From Thermoplasmatota archaeon (GTDB taxonomy: Archaea > Thermoplasmatota > E2 > JACPAO01 > JAHFTW01): 64,000 nt of DNA. The DNA is taken from positions 30,182 to 94,181 of the forward strand of contig JBFIHX010000009.1 in assembly GCA_041601615.1 (NCBI GenBank). The letters run 5' to 3'. The notes beneath the pieces were generated by a model. That model worked only from the letters and a program-made list of their open reading frames with translations, had not been told where the DNA came from and made no database searches. The position numbers and the translations under genes are program-made. Positions within the stretch are counted from its first letter, which is position 1; the number at the start of each line of letters is the position of its first letter. Below are positions 30,867 through 40,083 of the stretch, piece by piece.

Positions 30867-32419
30867 GTGCCCTCCCCTTCAATTTCCGAAACGATTGCGT
30901 CGATGTCCTTCCGAAGCATGTTAATCTTGGCGACCGTGGCGCCAATCTCCGCGTTAAGCTCGGCGATGTTGATGACTTCGCGGGTGTCTTTGGCTTCGAC
31001 GTAGGAACTGACAGAGAGGTTGTAGTCGTTCTCGGCAATCTTCTCGATGCGCACCGAATGGGCGACGTGATCCACGTTTTCCTTGGCATCGAAGAGTTTG
31101 ACAATCTCATCAACGTGGGCATCCGTCAGGAAATTGTTGTTCGTGCCTTTTTGAAAGAAGCCATCGCCTGATGCATCGATGAATTGGACCTTGGTGTCCG
31201 TTTTGTGCTTAGAAAGCACGAGGATATTCACGGCAATCGTTGTGCCGTAGAACAGGTTCGGAGCAAGGGAGATGACGGTCTCTACGAAATTGTTGTCTAC
31301 CAGATATTGACGAATCTTCTTCTCCGCTCCACCCCGGTAGAAGATTCCAGGGAAGCACACGATAGCGGCGCGGCCTTTGGGGGAAAGGTAATTGAGGCAG
31401 TGCAGGACGAACGCGAAGTCGGCCTTCGAGTTGGGCGCCAAGACACCGGCAGGGGCAAAGCGGTCGTCATTGATCAAGGTGGGATCGGCGTTGCCAATCC
31501 AATTGATGGAGTACGGGGGATTCGAGACGATGACGTCAAACGGCTTGTCGCGCCTGAAATGTGGCTCCGTCAGCGTGTTGCCCAAGCGGATGTGGAACTT
31601 GTCATAATTCACATTGTGCAGGAACATGTTCATCCGGGCTAAGTTGAACGTAGTGTGATTGATTTCCTGGCCGAAGAACCCCTCATCGACTAGGTGGTCG
31701 TCCCTGCGTTTTTTCGCTTGCAGCAGGAGCGAACCGGAGCCCGCTGCCGGATCGTACACCTTGTTTACGGTTGTCAGGCCGTGGATGGCAAGTTCAGCGA
31801 TGAGTTTGGAAACATGTTGAGGTGTGAAAAACTCGCCACCGGATTTGCCCGCGTTGGCCGCATAGTTGCCAATCAGGTATTCATACGCGTCTCCAAACAG
31901 GTCGATTTCACTGTCCTCCAAGTTCCCGAAGTCGAGGTCATTGACGCCCTTCAAGACCTTGCAAAGTCGGTCGTTCTTGTCCCTGACCGTCCTGCCAAGC
32001 CGATTGCTCGTTGTGTCGAAGTCATCGAACAGTCCCTTGATCGCTTCCTCCGAAGCGTACCCCATCGCCGAGCCCTCGATTGAGTCAAAGATTGCCTTGA
32101 GATCTGTGTTGAGATTATCGTTTCTGGCTGCGTCGGCCACAACGTTGGAAAACAGTTGGCTTGGGTAAATGAAGTACCCTTTCGTTTTGATTGCATCAAC
32201 CTTGATGTCGTCGGTGATGACTTCGTCACCAAGGTCAGCATAGTTGATGCACTCATCGCCAGCTTCGATATACCGTGCGAAATTCTCGCTAATGAACCGG
32301 TAGAATAGCGCACCCAGCACATACTGCTTGAAGTCCCACCCATCGACCGCTCCGCGAACCTCGTTTGCAATCTGCCAGATACGTCGTTTCAGTTCGTCGA
32401 ATTGCTGCTTGCCCGTCAT
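30863..32419 (-). CDS. hsdM: Type I R-M methyltransferase (m6A)
   Basis: [20 protein letters not shown]. Confidence 0.97.
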   Translation of the reverse strand: MTGKQQFDELKRRIWQIANEVRGAVDGWDFKQYVLGALFYRFISENFARYIEAGDECINYADLGDEVITDDIKVDAIKTKGYFIYPSQLFSNVVADAARNDNLNTDLKAIFDSIEGSAMGYASEEAIKGLFDDFDTTSNRLGRTVRDKNDRLCKVLKGVNDLDFGNLEDSEIDLFGDAYEYLIGNYAANAGKSGGEFFTPQHVSKLIAELAIHGLTTVNKVYDPAAGSGSLLLQAKKRRDDHLVDEGFFGQEINHTTFNLARMNMFLHNVNYDKFHIRLGNTLTEPHFRRDKPFDVIVSNPPYSINWIGNADPTLINDDRFAPAGVLAPNSKADFAFVLHCLNYLSPKGRAAIVCFPGIFYRGGAEKKIRQYLVDNNFVETVISLAPNLFYGTTIAVNILVLSKHKTDTKVQFIDASGDGFFQKGTNNNFLTDAHVDEIVKLFDAKENVDHVAHSVRIEKIAENDYNLSVSSYVEAKDTREVINIAELNAEIGATVAKINMLRKDIDAIVSEIEGEGT

Positions 32420-32603
32420 GTGGATGTCCCTGGTCCCTGTGGTGCAGAATCGCTAGACTAAGTAGTCCAGGACGGACGCCACCACCTCGGTCGCACTCGG
32501 CGAGACGATGGCAACCTCTTGTGCTGCAAGGTCTCGTACTGCCCCGGGTGCTTAAATAGGTTGGAAATCGCGAACCCCGGGCGGGCTTTGCTCAGGCAAA
32601 ACG

Positions 32604-32685
32604 GCGTGTCGATTCGAACTGACCTGCCGCACGCGAGGCGATCCTGCAAGCAAAGCGGGCGGTCGGGTTGAGTGCCTTGTTCGGA
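32604..32685 (-). mobile_element. attC-like site (R' lost after the G)
   Basis: Minus strand reads TCCGAAC-AAGGC-ACTCAACC-CG-A-CCGC...GCGG-CA-GGTCAGT-TCGAATC-G; 17/18 match to the arm of the 25299 site. Confidence 0.7.
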
Positions 32686-32736
32686 GTGCGAGGCGATGGG
32701 TGTTGCACCAACAGCGTTCCCTAAACCCACACCAAT

Positions 32737-32772
32737 CTATAAGTAGGCATAGCACACTATAGCGTACTATAC
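32737..32772 (+). promoter_or_regulatory. TATA box and operator of the TA operon
   Basis: CTATAAGTA about 30 bp before the ATG; two overlapping ATAG-N4-CTAT palindromes. Confidence 0.6.
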
Positions 32773-33003
32773 ATGAGCACCACAATCCAGGTATCCGACC
32801 AGCTCAAGGAGCGCCTCACCCGTCTCAAAAAGCACCCTCGCCAACCGTACGGTGAAGTCATCGCTGAAGCCATCGACTACCTCGAAGAAGACGAAATGGA
32901 ACTCAGCCCCAACTCCAAACGCGCCCTCACCGAAGCCCGCAAAGAATTCAAAGCCGGCCAAACCAAGAGCATGGCCGACATGCGACGCGAACTCGGACTC
33001 TGA
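32773..33003 (+). CDS. Antitoxin (RHH-like N-terminus, acidic C-terminus)
   Basis: MSTTIQVSDQLKERLTRLK; TGATG overlap with the toxin. Confidence 0.85.
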   Translation: MSTTIQVSDQLKERLTRLKKHPRQPYGEVIAEAIDYLEEDEMELSPNSKRALTEARKEFKAGQTKSMADMRRELGL

Positions 33004-33251
33004 TGTTCAAAGTCGAATTCAGCAAACGCGCCCAGAAAGAATTGACCTCCTTAGAACGCGGCGACCAGATTCGAGTCCTGAAAAAACTCGAGGCCGCCGC
33101 CAAAGATCCCGCAAGACTCTTCATGCCCCTAAAAGGCGTCAATGGGTTTCGAATGCGCGTCGGAGACTTGCGAGTTATTGCAGACATCCTCGCCGCCAAT
33201 CAAACCATTATCATAGCCACCATCGGCAAACGCGAGAATATTTACAAGTAA
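33003..33251 (+). CDS. relE: RelE/ParE family toxin
   Basis: FSKRAQKEL...LKG...RMRVGDLRVI...IGKRENIYK. Confidence 0.92.
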   Translation: MFKVEFSKRAQKELTSLERGDQIRVLKKLEAAAKDPARLFMPLKGVNGFRMRVGDLRVIADILAANQTIIIATIGKRENIYK

Positions 33252-33317
33252 ACTAAAGCCCTGCTGTCGCCGAACTCGCACCCCGTTTTCCCCAACAATC
33301 CCCCGCCCGAAACCCCC

Positions 33318-34091
33318 TCAATGCACAATCCTTCGCTTCATTCCCCGCACCGCCAGCGCCGGCAACACAAATGCAAACACGGCAACGTACAGCAGACTCC
33401 AGGGAGCTATCGGCCCCCACGATCCAAGCGCGGCACCTCGAACCAGCTGCACGGCATGGGTCAATGGCAGTGCCATGGCAATCCATTGCGCGACGCGTGG
33501 CAGTTGCTCCAGTGGGAAGAAGGTCCCGGAGAACAGGAATTGCGGCGTGATGAACAGGAAGAAGGAGTAGCTGAAGTGGTCGATGACGCGGACTTTGCTG
33601 GAGACGTAGAGTCCGATGCCGCCGAACATCATGGCGATGGCGAAGGCGAAGATGGGAATCAGGAAGGCGGTGGGGTAGCTTAGGAGTCCGAATCCGGCGA
33701 CGACGAAGCACATGAGTGTGGCGTTGATGGTGGCGCGTAGGGCGGCCCAGAGCACTTCGCCCCAGAGAATGTCGGTGGGGCTGAGTGGGGTTGCCATGAC
33801 GGCGTCCCAGGTTTTTTGGAAGATCATGCGGACGTAGGCGCTGTAGGTGGTTTCCATGAACGCGGTTTGCATGATGGTGATGGCGACGATGGCGGGGGCG
33901 ATGAACTGGACGTAGGGGATGCCGTTGATTTGGTCGATGAGGGCGCCGAGGCCGTAGCCCATGGCGATCAGGTACAGGAACGGCTCGGCCAGGGGCGGGA
34001 GGGCGTTGACTTTCCAGGTTTTCTTGTAGACTTCGAGGTTGCGTCCGACCATGGCGCGGATGCCGGCAAAGCTGGTGGTGGCTTCAGTCAC
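33318..34091 (-). CDS. ABC-2 exporter permease (NodJ-like)
   Basis: EPFLYLIAMGYGLG, ATPLS, PQFLFSGTFFPLEQLP. Confidence 0.92.
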   Translation of the reverse strand: MTEATTSFAGIRAMVGRNLEVYKKTWKVNALPPLAEPFLYLIAMGYGLGALIDQINGIPYVQFIAPAIVAITIMQTAFMETTYSAYVRMIFQKTWDAVMATPLSPTDILWGEVLWAALRATINATLMCFVVAGFGLLSYPTAFLIPIFAFAIAMMFGGIGLYVSSKVRVIDHFSYSFFLFITPQFLFSGTFFPLEQLPRVAQWIAMALPLTHAVQLVRGAALGSWGPIAPWSLLYVAVFAFVLPALAVRGMKRRIVH

Positions 34092-35004
34092 GTAGCGCCC
34101 TCCCGGTGAGGCGGAGGAATACGTCTTCGAGGGTTGCTCGGCGCAGGATGCTCTGGGTGACGCCGTGGGTTTCGCGTACTTGGGATTGGAGTCCGGCGAG
34201 GTCGGTTCCGTAGGCGATGATGCGGTCGGGGAGGCGTTCGTAGGGGGTGCCTTCGAGTTGGGTTGCGATGGCATCCATTTGCTGGGCGTCGTCGTCGGTG
34301 ACGAATTCGACGGCTTCGGTGCCGCAGTGCTTGGTGATGAGGTCAGGGGGATTTCCTCGTTCCAGGATCTTGCCTTTGTCCATGACGACGAGTTCGTCGC
34401 AGAGCATTTCGGCTTCGTCCATGTAGTGCGTGGTGAGGAGGATTGTTTTGCCCTTGCGTCGCAGGCCGCGTATGGTGTTCCACAGGGCGTGGCGGGCTTG
34501 GGGGTCGAGGCCGGTGGTGGGTTCGTCGAGCACCAGGAGTTCGGGGTCGTTCATGAGGCTTCGAGCGACGACGAGGCGGCGCTTCATGCCGCCGCTTAGT
34601 TCGTCGATGCGTGCGTCTCGTTTCTCGGCGAGGTTCATGAATCCGAGCATTTCGTCGGCGCGGGTGTTGGCTACGGCGGCGGGGACGTTGTAGAACCGAG
34701 CGTAGATGCGTAGGTTGTCGCGGACGGTGAAGTCGGGGTCGAGGTTGTCTTCTTGGGGCACGACGCCGAGGAGGCCTCGGATGGCGCGGCCATGGGTTGC
34801 TGTGTCGTGGCCGAGGACAGTGAGGGTGCCGTCGGTGCGGGGGCTGACTGCTTGGATCATGCGAATGGCGGTGGTTTTGCCGGCGCCGTTGGGCCCGAGG
34901 AGTCCAAAGCAGATGCCTTGGGGGATGTCGAACGTAATGCCATCGACCGCGGTAAATTCGCCGAAGCGCTTGGTGAGGTTCTTGGCTTGGACGACCGCCT
35001 TCAT
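34084..35004 (-). CDS. ABC exporter ATPase (NodI-like)
   Basis: GPNGAGKT, LSGGM, LDEPTTGLD, TTHYMDEA. Confidence 0.94.
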   Translation of the reverse strand: MKAVVQAKNLTKRFGEFTAVDGITFDIPQGICFGLLGPNGAGKTTAIRMIQAVSPRTDGTLTVLGHDTATHGRAIRGLLGVVPQEDNLDPDFTVRDNLRIYARFYNVPAAVANTRADEMLGFMNLAEKRDARIDELSGGMKRRLVVARSLMNDPELLVLDEPTTGLDPQARHALWNTIRGLRRKGKTILLTTHYMDEAEMLCDELVVMDKGKILERGNPPDLITKHCGTEAVEFVTDDDAQQMDAIATQLEGTPYERLPDRIIAYGTDLAGLQSQVRETHGVTQSILRRATLEDVFLRLTGRALRD

Positions 35005-35057
35005 GACGGCGCTTGGACTAGGGTGGGCCGGATAGGGGTTTGGAAGAAGGCTGGGGC

Positions 35058-35591
35058 TTAGCTGACTTGGCGGATGGTGCCAGTGTCGTTGTCGTATAGG
35101 ATGCCGAACACTTCGAGGTCCTTGGGCATGTAGGGGTGGTTGCGCACGAGGTTGACGCTGCGTTGGACGTTTGCTTCCACGTCCTCGAAGGCGCCGAGCC
35201 AGCGCTGGAAATCGGGGCGCATCACTTCGTGCAGGGCGACTCCGGTGCTGTCGGCGATGTGGTGGGCGACGGGGAAGTTTTTGCCGCCGATTTGGGTCAT
35301 GCCGCATTTGGTGTGTCCCATGACGACGATGTGCTCGACGCCCATGGCGTGGACGGCGACGATGAGGCTGCGCAGGGTGCCGTCGTCGAGGACGTTGCCG
35401 GCGTTGCGGATGATTTTGGCGTCGCCGTGTTCGAGGCCGAGTACGCGTTCGACAGCGTGGCGCGTGTCCATACAGGCGACGACTGCGACTTTTTTGGCGG
35501 GCGTGGCGGGCAGCTCGGCGTCGCTGGGGTCCCATCCTTCTTGGACAAAGCGTCGGTTTCCGGCGATGAGGCCTTCTAGTAGGGATTCCAC
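35058..35591 (-). CDS. Beta-class carbonic anhydrase
   Basis: CMDTR, RNAG, GHTKCG. Confidence 0.92.
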   Translation of the reverse strand: MESLLEGLIAGNRRFVQEGWDPSDAELPATPAKKVAVVACMDTRHAVERVLGLEHGDAKIIRNAGNVLDDGTLRSLIVAVHAMGVEHIVVMGHTKCGMTQIGGKNFPVAHHIADSTGVALHEVMRPDFQRWLGAFEDVEANVQRSVNLVRNHPYMPKDLEVFGILYDNDTGTIRQVS

Positions 35592-35629
35592 GGGGCCGGC
35601 GAGGGCAGTGCGGCGGGTATTTCTTGCGG

Positions 35630-36391
35630 TCAGGTTCGATGGCGAAGTTGCTCTAGGTGGGCGTCGTCGAGGGCTACGGTTCGACGCACTTGGGCAAGGG
35701 GGTAGGGGTAGCCGCGGTGGTTTTGGTCGCGGCTGAGAGGGACGAGGCGCGCCAGTGCTTCGGGGTGGAGGGTGTCGATACGGTAGGCGCGTTCGGCGCG
35801 GGGTTCTAGGAGGCAGACGTGGAGGCCGGTTTGTAGGGTGCAGCTCCAGGTGGTTCCGGGGAGGCGTTCGATGCCTTGGAGGCGGAGGGCGGGGACGAGG
35901 GGGCGGCCGTCGGTTTGGAGGCCGCTGCTGCGGGCGACTCCGACGAGGTGGACGCTGCGGTGGTCGGCGGCTTCTTGCAGGAGGCGGACGAGGTCGCGGG
36001 CGGGATGTGGTAGGTCGTGCAGTGCGCCGTCGAGCAAGACGAGGCCGCCTGCGGGGACGCGGTCGATGGCGGTGCGGGCGGCGTGGTATTCGTGCAGGGT
36101 GCAGAGGGTGTTGGCAAAGTCGGTGACGGTTGCTGCGTGGGGTGCGTCGATGTGGAGGGGTTCGAATCGTTCGGCGAGTGCTGTGGGGGCGTCTGCGGCG
36201 GCGACGGCGTGGACGTGGACGGGGGGCGATTCGATGGGGTGGCCGCTGATGGTGGCTCCGGCGCGCACCGCAATGGTCCAGGGTTCTTCTCGAAGGACAT
36301 GGGCGGCTGCGTCGACGGCTGCGACGGCGGGGAGGCTCTCGCCGTGGTCTGCTAGGGCCTGGAATGAGTGCGGCCGGTGCGCCGAGGGCAC
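35630..36391 (-). CDS. NurA-like nuclease domain protein (degenerate)
   Basis: AAVDAA, VLLDGAL, LVGVARSS, GYPYPL; start uncertain. Confidence 0.65.
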   Translation of the reverse strand: MPSAHRPHSFQALADHGESLPAVAAVDAAAHVLREEPWTIAVRAGATISGHPIESPPVHVHAVAAADAPTALAERFEPLHIDAPHAATVTDFANTLCTLHEYHAARTAIDRVPAGGLVLLDGALHDLPHPARDLVRLLQEAADHRSVHLVGVARSSGLQTDGRPLVPALRLQGIERLPGTTWSCTLQTGLHVCLLEPRAERAYRIDTLHPEALARLVPLSRDQNHRGYPYPLAQVRRTVALDDAHLEQLRHRT

Positions 36392-36499
36392 AGTCTGTGA
36401 TGGGGCTCTGGAAGTTGTGGGTTTCGGCCGTTGGGCGAAAACGTGGCGGGCCGCTTCGATACGACATGGTATTGTGCGGTTCGGGCGTGTGAGCTCGTG

Positions 36500-37777
36500 A
36501 TGGAAGCGGATGCACTCATGGATATGGTGGCTGATGCGCTGCGAGCGCATGGCTACGATTGTACCCTCAAGGCGGCTCTGGAGGGCCGCTCGGGCACGGT
36601 CTACACGGTGCCGCTGCTTGCGGAACGGGAAGGTTCGGCGGTCGTGTTCGATGTGCACGAAGGCGATGTTCCCGAGGACTTGCCAAGCGGCATTCTTGAT
36701 GTGCGCGAGGACGTTGCGGCCGAACACGCGGTGCTTTGCCACACGGGGTCCGATCCAGCGCCGATTGCGGGCATTCGATTCTGGGGCCCCCGCGACCTTT
36801 CCAAGTTGTTTGGCGATGCACTTCTTGCCGAGGCCACCGGAATCCCGGCAGAACTTCCCGTGGTAGCGGCCCCCGACACCCTGGCGCCTGCGCCGGCCCC
36901 GGTTGCCGAGAGCGTGGAGCAATTGTTGCCTACGGCGTTTTCGGAACCCGAACCAAGCCTAGACCTGGATCTCTTCGAGTCCATGGAGCTTGGCGACGCT
37001 GCCTCCGATGCGGCTGAGTGGAATCCAGATATGGACACGGAAGGGTTTGCGGGCTTCGGCGACCTAGGCGATGCATCCACAGACCTAGAACAGGAACATG
37101 CGCCCGAAGTAGGCGCGAACCAAGCGGCACCCCTCGCGCCTGCCCTGGCCGAGACTTCCACCCCTACCGCTACCTCCACTTCCGCCACCCAACGCTTCAC
37201 CTACCCGCTTCTTCCCGTGCTGGTAACGCACGCAGAAGCACGCGAACAAGCCCGTGAACGACTCTACAATGTCACGCATGTGGAGATGATTCTGCAACCC
37301 GTGCACCTCCTGGATTACGAGTGTGACCTCATGGGCAAGGGCACGCTTCGCTACGATACCGTCCGAGGCCGCGTGCAAGTTCATGGCACGGACAAATCCG
37401 TGCAAGAAGTGGACGCACAAGCCGTGGACCCTGCCGGATTCTCCCGGCTTGCGGACGCCTCCGGATTCGAAGGCGCCGAGCGGACCCTACGCACCAGCGA
37501 ACAACGCGCCGACGCGGAAGCGCGCCACCACTTGACCGAGGCGCACACGCGCACCGTGGACGTGCAAGTAGACGACGAAACCTACAACGTCAGCTACACC
37601 GAGAAGACCAAGGTGCGTCCCCGCCCCGACCACATTCGACTCCAGCACCTGGGCGTGTTTCACCGAGTCGTCTGGCGTGTACACGGCCCCAACGGCCACG
37701 TGGATGTGGATGCAGTCACGGGCGCAGACGTGGGTGCGCTCCAGACGCCCGACCCAGACGTCGTAGTCATCGACTAA
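36500..37777 (+). CDS. Hypothetical protein: restriction-endonuclease-like N-domain, acidic linker, C-terminal domain ending VDAVTG
   Basis: ALRAHGY...LEGRSGTVYTVPLLAER resembles the start of the Mrr-type fold but without catalytic residues. Confidence 0.65.
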   Translation: MEADALMDMVADALRAHGYDCTLKAALEGRSGTVYTVPLLAEREGSAVVFDVHEGDVPEDLPSGILDVREDVAAEHAVLCHTGSDPAPIAGIRFWGPRDLSKLFGDALLAEATGIPAELPVVAAPDTLAPAPAPVAESVEQLLPTAFSEPEPSLDLDLFESMELGDAASDAAEWNPDMDTEGFAGFGDLGDASTDLEQEHAPEVGANQAAPLAPALAETSTPTATSTSATQRFTYPLLPVLVTHAEAREQARERLYNVTHVEMILQPVHLLDYECDLMGKGTLRYDTVRGRVQVHGTDKSVQEVDAQAVDPAGFSRLADASGFEGAERTLRTSEQRADAEARHHLTEAHTRTVDVQVDDETYNVSYTEKTKVRPRPDHIRLQHLGVFHRVVWRVHGPNGHVDVDAVTGADVGALQTPDPDVVVID

Positions 37778-37783
37778 ACACAG

Positions 37784-38410
37784 TCACAGAGCCGGCCGGA
37801 ACGTCCACAAGACACCCGCACCCCGCTGCTCGGCGCTATGCAGCGCGACACGGCCCGCCGCAAACGTGGGCAGACACGGCCCCGCCCCCGTCACCATGGG
37901 CGCTTGATACAACGTCCACTCATCCCACAAACCCAAGCAAAGGAATGCCCCAAGCACGCGGGCTCCTCCCTCGACCATCACCGTGCCGACACCGCCGTCC
38001 GCGAGCACCCCAAGCACGGAGGCAAGGTCGAGCCTGCCATCGCTGCCACGCGGCACCGCATCGGTGAGCCCCGCAGGCAACGCCGAATTTGCTTCCGGAG
38101 CATGAAACACCAACGTCGGCGCCGACCCGTCCAAAACGCGCGCATCCGGAGGCGTTCGCAAATCCGAATCCAACACCACCCGCAACGGATCTTGCACCGC
38201 GTCGCTGCCGGCCCACTCGGGCTTCACGCGCAGACTCGGATCATCCGCAAGCACCGTCCCAACCCCCACAAGAATCGCATCGCACGCAGCCCGCATGCGG
38301 TGCACTCGACGCAAATCTTCGTCGTCACTGATTCGTAAAGGTCCGCCGTCCGGGGCACCAATGCGACCATCGAGGGTCGCGGCGCAGTTGAGAAGGACGC
38401 GGGGGCGCAC
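37784..38410 (-). CDS. RibD C-terminal-type pyrimidine reductase (archaeal riboflavin pathway)
   Basis: AATLDGRI, DAILVGVGTVLADDPSL, VMVEGG. Confidence 0.88.
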   Translation of the reverse strand: MRPRVLLNCAATLDGRIGAPDGGPLRISDDEDLRRVHRMRAACDAILVGVGTVLADDPSLRVKPEWAGSDAVQDPLRVVLDSDLRTPPDARVLDGSAPTLVFHAPEANSALPAGLTDAVPRGSDGRLDLASVLGVLADGGVGTVMVEGGARVLGAFLCLGLWDEWTLYQAPMVTGAGPCLPTFAAGRVALHSAEQRGAGVLWTFRPAL

Positions 38411-38493
38411 ATTTGGGCAATGACACCGCGCATGAAAGGGCTGTGTACCGACCATATCCAATGCGTTCAAGGTCTGAACTGCAATCAGGCTTC

Positions 38494-39156
38494 ATGCGTT
38501 CATCTTCGCTCCTTTTGTGCCTGCTCCTGACCGCCTTCATAGCGCCCTCTGGATCCGCGAGCTTCATCGACGAAGTCTGCGAGGACGCCATGCCCAAGCC
38601 CCTGAACTGCGGCCAAACCATGTGCTCCGGGCTTGCCAATGGAATTTGCTACTTTGACGATGAACTGGGCAACTGCTACCCCCTGGATGAGCCATGCACC
38701 ACGGATGCAGATTTTGTGTACAATACAATCTACATCACACGAGACGAAATCCTAGCATTCCTCGACCCCGACGGGGACCTCATGCCCGACGCAGCAGAGC
38801 CCATCATCTGTGGCCGCGTGGCAACGGAAGCCCTCCTCGAGGCCTCGGGGCAAGGATCCTGTGAGACCGCCTCCGACATGAATTTTGAACCCACAGTCCA
38901 ACCGGCCCTTGACCTCGTTGCCTTTGCTTTGATGCAAGCAAATGAGGTGAAAGATGAAGTGGAGGCCCAGCAAGAATATGTTCAAGGCGAAGCGGAGCGC
39001 TTCCAAGAGGAAACAACGGAATTCGTACTCGGATTCGTGGATGCAGACGGTGATGGAATTCCCGACACCCTCGAGCCATACCTGTGCCTAGTGGAAGACC
39101 GAAGCAACCCGGTGGACGGCTCCTGCACCGGCAACGACTACCACCCGTACGTCTGA
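38494..39156 (+). CDS. Secreted acidic Cys-rich protein with two DxDGD Ca-binding-type motifs
   Basis: Signal peptide; DPDGDLMPD and DADGDGIPD. Confidence 0.75.
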   Translation: MRSSSLLLCLLLTAFIAPSGSASFIDEVCEDAMPKPLNCGQTMCSGLANGICYFDDELGNCYPLDEPCTTDADFVYNTIYITRDEILAFLDPDGDLMPDAAEPIICGRVATEALLEASGQGSCETASDMNFEPTVQPALDLVAFALMQANEVKDEVEAQQEYVQGEAERFQEETTEFVLGFVDADGDGIPDTLEPYLCLVEDRSNPVDGSCTGNDYHPYV

Positions 39157-39200
39157 CCCGCGCCAACGCCCTGAAGTATTCTCCCCCTTCCTCCCTCTTT

Positions 39201-40061
39201 GTGCCCGACGCCGAGGACGCACCCGCTCCGCCGCCCGTGACGTCCAAACCGGCCCCCGCGCCCGTTCCCGGCAAGGTCACGCTCATCGGCACCGGCCACG
39301 TCTTTGACATCCAAGCCACCATCATGAGCGCCATCGAAGCCATCCGACCCGACATCGTGTTCGTAGAACTGGACCGAGGACGCCTCCAGGCCCTTCTCTA
39401 TCGCCGCCAGCATGGCCGCGACCCGCCGCAGCCAGCCCGCAGCGGCTTCATCCACAAGAAACTACACGGCTTCCAAAAAGGAATCGCCGGCATGTACGGC
39501 GCCGAAGTGGGCGGAGAAATGATCGCCGCCGTGGAAGCCGCGTCCCGCGTGGGTGCCCGAGTAATGCTCGTGGACGCCCCCGTGGAACAAACCCTCAAAC
39601 GAGCGCTGTCGCAGTTGACCCTGCGCGAGAAACTTCGCGCCGTTGGGATGCTCATCAAGGGCGGATTCCAGAGCCTCCTGCCCAAGCGCGACGCCAAAGA
39701 AGACGTGGAAGCCGAAATCAAACGCTACCAGCAAGATCCAGGCGCGGCACTGGACGAACTGGGCCGAACATTCCCCACCGTGCGCCGTGTTCTGATCGAC
39801 GAACGAGACACGCTCATGGCCACCCGCATCCGCGCAGGCGTCCAGGGCGCACGCCACGGTGTGGCGGTGCTCGGCGACGGCCACCTGCCCGGCATCCTAG
39901 CCCAACTCGAGGACCTTGCTCCCAACTCCTACCGTCTCGAAGCGGTGCGCGCCGGCGCATTGCCCAAACCCGAAGCATTGGACGCAAGTGTTGCCACGGG
40001 CGATTCGGTCAACGTGGGCTTTGGGTTTGATGTGCAATCGGGCCCACCACAAGGCCTATGA
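39201..40061 (+). CDS. TraB domain protein
   Basis: LIGTGHV, VELDRGR, GGEM, LIDERD, VLGDGHLPGI. Confidence 0.9.
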   Translation: MPDAEDAPAPPPVTSKPAPAPVPGKVTLIGTGHVFDIQATIMSAIEAIRPDIVFVELDRGRLQALLYRRQHGRDPPQPARSGFIHKKLHGFQKGIAGMYGAEVGGEMIAAVEAASRVGARVMLVDAPVEQTLKRALSQLTLREKLRAVGMLIKGGFQSLLPKRDAKEDVEAEIKRYQQDPGAALDELGRTFPTVRRVLIDERDTLMATRIRAGVQGARHGVAVLGDGHLPGILAQLEDLAPNSYRLEAVRAGALPKPEALDASVATGDSVNVGFGFDVQSGPPQGL

Positions 40062-40083
40062 TGCCAACAGAGTCGGCCAGGCC

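Noticed and set aside
25155-33317. Integrase, transposase or provirus genes for the defence block
   Set aside because: No tyrosine recombinase, transposase or viral ORF recognised anywhere in the window.
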